DNA from: a virus
Taxonomy: Duplodnaviria > Caudoviricetes
Virus record (IMG/VR): IMGVR_UViG_3300047279_000033
Coordinates: 1-37,479 of that record
Direction: 5' to 3' (one strand)
DNA length: 37,479 nucleotides
A program made the translations under genes and the position numbers. Under the pieces are notes generated by a model. The model did no database searches, was not told the origin of the DNA, and saw only the letters and a program-made list of their open reading frames with translations. This document shows, piece by piece, positions 8,122-14,838 of this stretch. Each line of letters begins with the position of its first letter. Within the stretch, counting starts at the first letter, position 1.

Positions 8122-9648
8122 TTAACTGCCCATCCAACTTGTAGCAATTCCGCCGGGAGAATATCCCCCGCTGCGTTTCTTGTCAACGCGCCCTTCTCTG
8201 TGCGCCACTGGGAACGCAAACGTCACCGCGATGGCGTCGGCAGCGTCAGGTGACGCCAGCCCGCGAGCCTTCATATCCTTCTTTGACTCAAGGAACAGCG
8301 TCCCTTTGCTGTCCGGCTTCGTCTTCGGCCCGATCAGGTCAGATTTTAGAAAGCGGTCGTTTGGCACGCTGGCTGTCTTGAGCCACTCGCGCATGGCACC
8401 CCACATCTCAGCCCGCTTGTTGCCGTACATCAGCTGCTTCTGCGCCTTGTTGCCGAAGTTGACGCCGCGCACCTTGTACCGCTGCTCCTTCAGCCGATCC
8501 ACCACGCCTGCGCCTAGGCCGCCTTCGTCGATCACGGTCAGCGCAGGCTTGTACTCCTCTATAGCCTCAATGACGTGGCCGACCACCTCCATCGTGTCAG
8601 CGCCGCGCAGCCGTTTGATGGCCACCAGATCGCGTCCCTGCCGCACCGCGATGACGGTGGCGTCCGATCCGAACCGTGCCGGGTCAACGCCGATGGTGAT
8701 TGGTGCCGACTCGTCCTTCAGCCTAGGCCGCTTCATGGCGTCGTCTACCAGATTGACCGGAATGAACTGGTCATCGCCTTCTGACGGAAACTGACCGTAG
8801 ACCTCGACGTTGGCCTGGTAGCTGTCGGCGCCGTACTCGTCGATGATGCGCTGGTACAGGTTCTTGTCGGTTCCCTCGACCTCGCGCGCGTCGATGTTGC
8901 GTGTACGCCAGAACGCCCGCTTGCTGTTGAACGTTTCGTAGAAGTAGCCGGTGTTGCGTCGCGGGTTGGAGAACGCGACGTGAAAGCGGTGCGGCGTGTT
9001 CTCCGTGAAGAAGCCGTCGCTGACTGACCAGATGCTGTCGGGGATACCGCTGGCCTCGTCGAAGATCAGCATCACGCCGTCCCAGTTGTGAACCCCGGCG
9101 TAGGCGTCCGGGTTCTCCTCCGACCACAGCCGACCCTCAACGGCCCAGTAGCGTGTGCCTTTCTTCAGGTCGCGCTCGACCAGTTCCGTGATCCACTTGG
9201 CCGGCATGATGCGTGTGGCGGCAATCTCAAACCAGTGGCTGTTCATGGCCATCGCCAGCCACTTGGTAATCTCGGCCCAGGTCACCGACCGTAGCTGCGC
9301 CTCGCTGTTGGCCGACACGATGGTCGTGCTGCCGATGCGCGTGGACAACATCCAATGCACCAGCCAACTGACCAGCGCCGACTTGCCGATACCGCGGCCT
9401 GACGCCACCGCCTTGCGGAAGGTGTCGTAGTCCACCTTGCCGCCGTTGTCCTTGATGTGGTCGCGGATGTCGGCCAGCACCGCACGCTGCCATTTGCGCG
9501 GCCCTTGGAAGTTTTCCAGCGGCGTACCCGGCTCGCCCCATGGGTAGGTCAACAGCACAAACGCCAGCGGGTCATCCTTGATAGCCGGCGACCACAGCCG
9601 GCTCATCAGAGCCATCTCGTCCTGCGCTGAGTAGATTGGCTGCTGCAC
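8122..9648 (-). CDS. terL: Terminase large subunit
   Basis: Walker A SGRGIGKS, Walker B LIFDEA, coupling motif FSNP, RNase H-like IGVDPARFGSD and SPDAADA. Confidence 0.95.
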   Translation of the reverse strand: MQQPIYSAQDEMALMSRLWSPAIKDDPLAFVLLTYPWGEPGTPLENFQGPRKWQRAVLADIRDHIKDNGGKVDYDTFRKAVASGRGIGKSALVSWLVHWMLSTRIGSTTIVSANSEAQLRSVTWAEITKWLAMAMNSHWFEIAATRIMPAKWITELVERDLKKGTRYWAVEGRLWSEENPDAYAGVHNWDGVMLIFDEASGIPDSIWSVSDGFFTENTPHRFHVAFSNPRRNTGYFYETFNSKRAFWRTRNIDAREVEGTDKNLYQRIIDEYGADSYQANVEVYGQFPSEGDDQFIPVNLVDDAMKRPRLKDESAPITIGVDPARFGSDATVIAVRQGRDLVAIKRLRGADTMEVVGHVIEAIEEYKPALTVIDEGGLGAGVVDRLKEQRYKVRGVNFGNKAQKQLMYGNKRAEMWGAMREWLKTASVPNDRFLKSDLIGPKTKPDSKGTLFLESKKDMKARGLASPDAADAIAVTFAFPVAHREGRVDKKRSGGYSPGGIATSWMGS

Positions 9649-10069
9649 GGTTGTTGTCCTCTATGCGGGGCAGTTCGGTGTACAGCCCCTCTATGACGCG
9701 GCTCTGCGCCTTTTCCAGCGCCGCGGTGATGCTGATCTGCTGGTCGATGTTCACGTCGATCTGCTGCTTGGCCACCCAGCCGTGGTTGTGCTTGAGGATG
9801 TCCAGCGCCGCCCTGGCGTCGCCTGACGCCGCGGCGTTGTACATCGTCCTAGCGGCGGACAGTTCGCCGTCAGCGCGGCCCTTCATCTCGGCAATCTCGA
9901 CCAGCGCATCAAACTCAGCCAAGCGCCGGAACTGCGCGGGGGTAAGGCCAGCGGCCAACGCCAGACTGTCGCCTTTCAGGCCATAGCGCGCGGCTTCGTA
10001 GATCGCCTCCAAGCGCGCCTCGGTGGCTTCTGGGCGTTCGGGTGCGAACGGCAGGGAGTAGAAGGTCAT
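9572..10069 (-). CDS. terS: Terminase small subunit
   Basis: 165 aa with N-terminal HTH-like segment and helical oligomerisation region; overlaps the TerL start. Confidence 0.75.
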   Translation of the reverse strand: MTFYSLPFAPERPEATEARLEAIYEAARYGLKGDSLALAAGLTPAQFRRLAEFDALVEIAEMKGRADGELSAARTMYNAAASGDARAALDILKHNHGWVAKQQIDVNIDQQISITAALEKAQSRVIEGLYTELPRIEDNNRAAANLLSAGRDGSDEPAVVAGYQG

Positions 10070-10075
10070 GATGCC

Positions 10076-10104
10076 ATAATAGATGACGCGGGGTGCGCGG
10101 GCAA
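10076..10104 (-). promoter_or_regulatory. Sigma70-like promoter for a probably leaderless terS mRNA
   Basis: TTGCCC-17 nt-TATTAT-6 nt-ATG; no Shine-Dalgarno. Confidence 0.6.
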
Positions 10105-10130
10105 GGCTGCACTAAACTGTGTTGACATAT

Positions 10131-10583
10131 TCAACGTAACGCTAGCGCGGGAAACTGCGCGTACATCTCTTTGCGGATGTCCAACGCTTTTTCAAACGTA
10201 GATGCCCGCCGGCGATAGCGCACACCATAGACTACCATCTCTACCCGAAAGCCTTCAGCGTCTTGCCAAATGTTGCGTGTGTCGCGGTTGCGGGTCGCGT
10301 AGTCAATGTTCTGGCATATGGTAGCTAGACGCAGGTTGCTTATGCGGTTGTCTGTTTTGTCGCCGTTTATATGATCTATGGTCATGCCTTCTGGCGGGTG
10401 CGTTCCGTAAACCCATAACCACACCAACCTGTGTACGCGGTACTCACGCCCGCGCACGCTCGTCCGTAAATATCCTTTTTGCGATAGACTGCCGGTAGGG
10501 CGCCCATCGCGCCGGCGGCACTCACCGGTTTCAGGATCAATAAAAAATATTTTTTTGAGTTCGGTTTGCGAGAGAAGTTTCAT
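10131..10583 (-). CDS. HNH homing endonuclease (HNH_3 type)
   Basis: YRVHRLVW...IDHINGDKTDNRISNLR; start set at MKLLSQ; lower GC than neighbours. Confidence 0.9.
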   Translation of the reverse strand: MKLLSQTELKKIFFIDPETGECRRRDGRPTGSLSQKGYLRTSVRGREYRVHRLVWLWVYGTHPPEGMTIDHINGDKTDNRISNLRLATICQNIDYATRNRDTRNIWQDAEGFRVEMVVYGVRYRRRASTFEKALDIRKEMYAQFPALALR

Positions 10584-10589
10584 GTTTGA

Positions 10590-10618
10590 CGAATACCACA
10601 GTGGGTGGGGGCCGGCAA
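10590..10618 (-). promoter_or_regulatory. Promoter for the HNH gene (probably leaderless)
   Basis: TTGCCG-17 nt-TATTCG-6 nt-ATG with a TG extended -10. Confidence 0.45.
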
Positions 10619-10754
10619 CAAAAATCAAAAAATAATTTTGTTTACGGGAGGTGCCCGTGACAGTCACCCGCGCGCCGGCCCCTGGGGGCGGGGGTGCACG
10701 CGCGGGCAGACGCGCACAGGCAGGCGCGCACGCGCAAGCGCGGGGCCATTTGCC

Positions 10755-11215
10755 CGGCTGGGCAATCTGGGCGGAGAAAAACCAACCGGCTGGCGCGCCA
10801 GCTTGCGCGGCCATTTTGCTGTTAGGCGGTTTAGGTTTTGTTTTTTGGTTGGCACATCACGGGCGCGATTGCGTGACAATGTGACAATAGGGGGTGCCAG
10901 GCTCAAAACTAGGCGTTTCTGGGTAATCGCGTGACAATCCGATTAAGCCCGCAATGCCAAGGGGTTAAGCCAGAAAAGACTAATTTTTAGGCTATTTAGG
11001 CGAGGTGTGGGGTTGCGCCAGAAACGGCGTGGTGCACAGCGCGCCAGCGTCACAGCGTATTAGCTATATAATACACTTATTTTTTTTTTAAATTGATAAC
11101 ATCAACACTACCTAAATAGCCTAACTCCCTCCCAGCCCCTTGGATTCCCACGCAAAAAGCCTTGGCGGTTTTTCGTTTCCAATAGCCTAAACAGCCGCCT
11201 AACGTGACAATCCAT
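10755..11215. other. Putative replication origin / divergent control region
   Basis: Non-coding; 14-bp inverted repeat at 10987-11000/11111-11124 around an AT core (11058-11100); four GTGACAAT copies. Confidence 0.5.
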
Positions 11216-11311
11216 CCAAGCCCTATCAATTGCGCTAGGGCTGCAACATAATCTGTTGTGGGTGCTGTTGGCGATGATATGAGGGCGCATCAACAACGAA
11301 GGGAAACGCAA

Positions 11312-11578
11312 GTGGCCTACACAGTCGAAATCAGCGGCTCGCATAACCGCCAAGACATTGCCGCGCCAACCGGCGCAATCAGCCGTGACGCCGCAATTCA
11401 GGCGTTGCTGGGTGCCATGCTGGACATATACGAGGCCGACAAGCTGGCCGGCGCGGACGCCAAGCGCGCCTTTGAATTCTGGACGCCGGATGAAATCCGC
11501 AACGACTTAGAAACCGCTGGCCGCTGCGACATCGTGATATGCGGCGGATTTTACGTCCTCACAGCCAAGGGGGCCTAA
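11312..11578 (+). CDS. Early hypothetical protein
   Basis: GTG start after AAGGGA; 88 aa. Confidence 0.65.
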   Translation: MAYTVEISGSHNRQDIAAPTGAISRDAAIQALLGAMLDIYEADKLAGADAKRAFEFWTPDEIRNDLETAGRCDIVICGGFYVLTAKGA

Positions 11579-11582
11579 CGCC

Positions 11583-11648
11583 ATGATCAAAGATGCACTC
11601 GCCATGCTGGCGCTTTTCGCCTGCCTTGCCATTCTCGCAATCATCTAA
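11583..11648 (+). CDS. 21-aa hydrophobic peptide
   Basis: MIKDALAMLALFACLAILAII; fills the gap between two genes; AAGGGGG upstream. Confidence 0.5.
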   Translation: MIKDALAMLALFACLAILAII

Positions 11649-11666
11649 ACGAAGGGAAACGACACC

Positions 11667-11930
11667 ATGACGACCACGGAATATAACGGCTGGACGAACT
11701 ACGCCACTTGGCGCGTCAACCTTGAGCTATTCGACGGCACCGACCACGCCAGCGATAACGACTTAGACGCTTATGATCTGGGGCAGACGCTGCGCGAGAT
11801 AGCCATAGACTTCATGGAGGATACCGCTTCCGGCTTGGCGTTGGATTACGCCGAAGCGTTCCTCTCAGATGTGAACTGGTACGAAATCGCGCAGCATCAG
11901 ATCGAAGCCTATCGGGAGCAGGACGCATGA
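11667..11930 (+). CDS. Acidic early phage protein
   Basis: YNGWTNYATW N-terminus and DVNWYEIA C-terminus recalled from small phage early proteins; AAGGGA RBS. Confidence 0.75.
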   Translation: MTTTEYNGWTNYATWRVNLELFDGTDHASDNDLDAYDLGQTLREIAIDFMEDTASGLALDYAEAFLSDVNWYEIAQHQIEAYREQDA

Positions 11931-12136
11931 GCCAGACAGCCGAACAGATAGCCGCAGACGCTATCGCCACGCATGGCGCCATTGAAGCCGGGCGCCTCTA
12001 CCGCGAGTCCGAGGCCGCCCATTACAGCGAAGCGCAATGGTGCGACACCGCCAGTGATGAACGCCGCAAGCTGCAGCTGGCCGAGGGCTATGGGCGCATT
12101 GCAGACTTGATAGAGCAACAGACAGGGAAGGCTTGA
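11927..12136 (+). CDS. Early hypothetical protein
   Basis: ATGA-coupled; 69 aa helical. Confidence 0.65.
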   Translation: MSQTAEQIAADAIATHGAIEAGRLYRESEAAHYSEAQWCDTASDERRKLQLAEGYGRIADLIEQQTGKA

Positions 12137-12139
12137 ACG

Positions 12140-12448
12140 ATGACGCAACGCCCTCGCTCAAATAGCGTCTTGTGCGGGATGCTAATCCGCCGCGACAAGA
12201 AAATAGCAGCGCAAGCCGAACAGATGTGGGAGGCTAGGCGGATTGCTGCTAACGCCGTGCTGCTGGCGAAGCGATTGCGCGCCGATAACGCCGCACTGCA
12301 AAAGAACATCGCCGCGCTGCAAAAGCCGGGCAGCGCCGCCAAACGAATGCAACGCTCTAGAGGCGCTGTTGACGTGTTGAACCACATAGCCCCGCTGGCC
12401 GCCGAAATTGAACGCGCGTTGCGTCAATACAATACCAAACAACCATAA
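12140..12448 (+). CDS. Early basic coiled-coil protein
   Basis: 102 aa; GGGAAGG RBS. Confidence 0.6.
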   Translation: MTQRPRSNSVLCGMLIRRDKKIAAQAEQMWEARRIAANAVLLAKRLRADNAALQKNIAALQKPGSAAKRMQRSRGAVDVLNHIAPLAAEIERALRQYNTKQP

Positions 12449-12469
12449 CCGACAGGAAAGGTTTGAACC

Positions 12470-12655
12470 ATGAAATTGAATGATCGAAACTATCTTCGCA
12501 CCCTGCCTACGCTGGCGCTGTTAGACGCTGCACGGCATGACAGCGAACTAGCCCTTGTGCTGGCCGAACGGCTGACAGAGGCGCAAGCCGACATTGCCAA
12601 GCTCTGGCGCCAGTATGACGACTTGCATGCCGCGCGCGATGACGCTGGCGCATAG
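12470..12655 (+). CDS. Early hypothetical protein
   Basis: 61 aa; AGGAAAGG RBS. Confidence 0.65.
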   Translation: MKLNDRNYLRTLPTLALLDAARHDSELALVLAERLTEAQADIAKLWRQYDDLHAARDDAGA

Positions 12656-12656
12656 C

Positions 12657-12722
12657 ATGGCCGGGCTTTTAATCGCGCTGGCGCTGTTGGCGCTGGCCCT
12701 ACTGATAGAGGATGACAGATAA
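12657..12722 (+). CDS. 21-aa hydrophobic peptide
   Basis: MAGLLIALALLALALLIEDDR; starts 1 nt after the previous stop; TAATG overlap with the next gene. Confidence 0.55.
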   Translation: MAGLLIALALLALALLIEDDR

Positions 12723-12931
12723 TGCAAAGCACATCACCGCGCCAAGAGCGCGACATACTGCAAGACGCCGCTGCGGCGCTTGCAGAGCATGACAGGCTCC
12801 ACAGCGCCACCCGCGCCTTGGACGCGCGCATTGAGGCCCTGTGCCGCGAATATGGGGACTGCACCCGGCGCTGGGGTTATGCCCCGCACCATCTGCGCCA
12901 GACCTGCACCGCGCAAGGGTTGCTGCCATGA
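12722..12931 (+). CDS. Early hypothetical protein
   Basis: 69 aa; GAGGA RBS; coupled at both ends. Confidence 0.65.
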   Translation: MQSTSPRQERDILQDAAAALAEHDRLHSATRALDARIEALCREYGDCTRRWGYAPHHLRQTCTAQGLLP

Positions 12932-13311
12932 CGCGCCGGGCTATCATCCATAATCGCGTGTTCTGGTGGCTGTATCCAGACGGGCGCCGGGAGCGCATCT
13001 ATGCGAACGAGCGGATCCGGGCGCACCTATCCCAGGTCGCATCTGTAGACGCGCGCATGGCCAAGGAACAGGCGCCCAAGGGGCGCACCAACCACCCGCC
13101 ACGCCCACCAGGCACTGCGCCCACCCTGCCCGCAATCGGACACCCTCACGACAGCCTGACACTGGGGGAGCTTGCCCACATGTATGGATGGGGGAGCGTG
13201 TACCGGTTCAGCGAGGCCCTACGCAAACACCGCCGGCCTATCTATGAACAGGCGCGGGCCAACGGTAACGCTAGGTCAACCGCCAATTTGAACCGGGAGC
13301 AACAAGCATGA
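12928..13311 (+). CDS. Early protein with possible C-terminal helix-turn-helix
   Basis: ATGA-coupled start MTRRAII; LTLGELAHMYGWGSVYRFSEALRK resembles the second HTH of AraC-type domains. Confidence 0.55.
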   Translation: MTRRAIIHNRVFWWLYPDGRRERIYANERIRAHLSQVASVDARMAKEQAPKGRTNHPPRPPGTAPTLPAIGHPHDSLTLGELAHMYGWGSVYRFSEALRKHRRPIYEQARANGNARSTANLNREQQA

Positions 13312-13320
13312 CGACGCCAG

Positions 13321-14004
13321 ATGCTGCGCTACATCGCGCACACCCTGGGCACATCGCCGGAACGACTTGAGGCGCTGATTGAGGTCGAGTTCGACGTCAC
13401 CATCGACGACACGCCAGTAGATGACACCGAGAAAGACACAGAGGAGCAGACTATGTCCGAATGGTCACGCAAAACCGTTCAGCAGATTGACGAAATCGTG
13501 GCCCACCTGAACGGCGCGTCACGTTCAGAGGAGCAGACTATGAAAACCTCTATTACCTTTCGCGGTGCGCGCTGCAAATGCGCCATTTGCCAGAGACCAA
13601 ACAACGAAACCTGTTCGTCTGATGTTTATCCTGATGACACAGAGGAGCAGACCATGCCTATGGGCAAGATGACGCTCACCGAAGCGCAGTTTGAGGCTAT
13701 CCGGCAAGGCGTGTGGAACGCCAACGGGTGCCGCAAATTGGCCGCGCAAGCCTTTATCAAGGAGGGCATCACCATTACCCCAGCAGAACCGCCCGCCGAA
13801 ATGGTGAAGCTGGCGCGGGCATACGCTGACAGTCTTGGGCTACCCAGCGCACACGAACACCGCATTGCATATGCAGCGCACCTCGCCGCCCTGCAACACG
13901 TGGTCAACGTGGTGAAGGCGCACGACAACGCCGGCTATCCGGGGCTGATCGACCGCGCCACCATCCTCAACGCTCTGGGCGCAGGAGGCCGCGATGCAGG
14001 ATGA
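13321..14004 (+). CDS. Mosaic early ORF with three internal in-frame RBS+ATG repeats
   Basis: 227 aa containing (D)TEEQTM/SEEQTM three times; the true start(s) are uncertain. Confidence 0.55.
   Translation: MLRYIAHTLGTSPERLEALIEVEFDVTIDDTPVDDTEKDTEEQTMSEWSRKTVQQIDEIVAHLNGASRSEEQTMKTSITFRGARCKCAICQRPNNETCSSDVYPDDTEEQTMPMGKMTLTEAQFEAIRQGVWNANGCRKLAAQAFIKEGITITPAEPPAEMVKLARAYADSLGLPSAHEHRIAYAAHLAALQHVVNVVKAHDNAGYPGLIDRATILNALGAGGRDAG
13435..13656 (+). repeat. Three direct repeats of CAGAGGAGCAGACYATG
   Basis: Copies at 13439-13455, 13526-13542 and 13640-13656; copies 1 and 3 extend 5' with GACA. Confidence 0.9.
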
Positions 14005-14248
14005 TGTGATTAAGGTGGCGCGGGCGCTGTGTGCGCTAAAGGTCAGCCGAACAAGCGACGATTGGCAGCGGTATCGCCAAGAGGATAGCTGGATGCTGTT
14101 CGTGGACGAAGCCCGCGCTGCAATGGCCGCCACGCTCGAACTGACTGCGGAGGCGCTGCGGACGGCATATGCGCCGGGGATGCGCATAAGACCGGCAGAC
14201 GCCGCAGACTGGCTGCAACAACGAGCGAAGGAGGTGCAACAACCGTGA
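13994..14248 (+). CDS. Early hypothetical protein
   Basis: 84 aa; AGGAGG RBS. Confidence 0.7.
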   Translation: MQDDVIKVARALCALKVSRTSDDWQRYRQEDSWMLFVDEARAAMAATLELTAEALRTAYAPGMRIRPADAADWLQQRAKEVQQP

Positions 14249-14781
14249 GCAGTTCCAGCGCATCCCTGCCCCGCCACTACTACGTGTGGGTTGATCAGTC
14301 ATTCATCCGCGAGGAAGGCGCCGGATATGAACCGGCGGTCTGGTTCGGCCTGCACAGTCACCCAGGCCGGGCGTGGGGCTGTCACGTCATGCTGGAGAGC
14401 GGGGCGTTCTACAGGGGCTTGCCGCCTCACGCGCTGGCATTCAGCCCTGAGCCTGACCAGCACCACTGGACGCTGAAACAGGCGCAAATTTGGGACTGCT
14501 ACGGGCGCGACTTCGCGCTGCTCATTTATGATTATCTGGACGGGCTGCGCGTCAGCATCAGGAGCGGCGAGACGGGCGAGTATCTGTTCACCGCGGTGCC
14601 GCAGGGGGACGCTTTCACGCACGACCCGTCACAGGGCAAGGAGTTCATGTTCATCCGCACAACGGGCGACCGGCTGACCATCGTGCCAACGAACAATCTG
14701 CTGTTTGAGGAGCGCAGCTTTACCGTTGATGCGGGCTGGCCGCGTCTCAAGAAATCTACCGAAGTCTGGTCATGCGAATGA
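14245..14781 (+). CDS. Phage protein of unknown function
   Basis: 178 aa; GTGA-coupled; AAGGAGG RBS; aromatic-rich globular sequence. Confidence 0.75.
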   Translation: MSSSSASLPRHYYVWVDQSFIREEGAGYEPAVWFGLHSHPGRAWGCHVMLESGAFYRGLPPHALAFSPEPDQHHWTLKQAQIWDCYGRDFALLIYDYLDGLRVSIRSGETGEYLFTAVPQGDAFTHDPSQGKEFMFIRTTGDRLTIVPTNNLLFEERSFTVDAGWPRLKKSTEVWSCE

Positions 14782-14784
14782 CCG

Positions 14785-14813
14785 TTGCAGCACAAAGTTT
14801 GACGTGCCATAAC
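14785..14813 (+). promoter_or_regulatory. Sigma70-like promoter for the replication genes
   Basis: TTGCAG-17 nt-CATAAC in the intergenic gap. Confidence 0.5.
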
Positions 14814-14838
14814 ACCCACCCAAATAAAGGAAACGACA

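Noticed and set aside
10584-10814. 77-aa N-terminal extension of the HNH ORF in the track
   Set aside because: Low-complexity translation of GC-rich non-coding DNA; promoter geometry points to ATG 10583.
13308-13370. ATGA-coupled 20-codon ORF suggesting a programmed frameshift into 13321..14004
   Set aside because: No slippery sequence seen; ATG 13321 and the internal RBS starts explain expression. A small deletion cannot be excluded.
13435-13656. Three repeats with unique intervals as a mini-CRISPR array near a Cas4-like gene
   Set aside because: Repeats are 17 nt, non-palindromic and consist of RBS+ATG; intervals are 70 and 97 nt; the DUF2800 nuclease is a standard replication-module gene.
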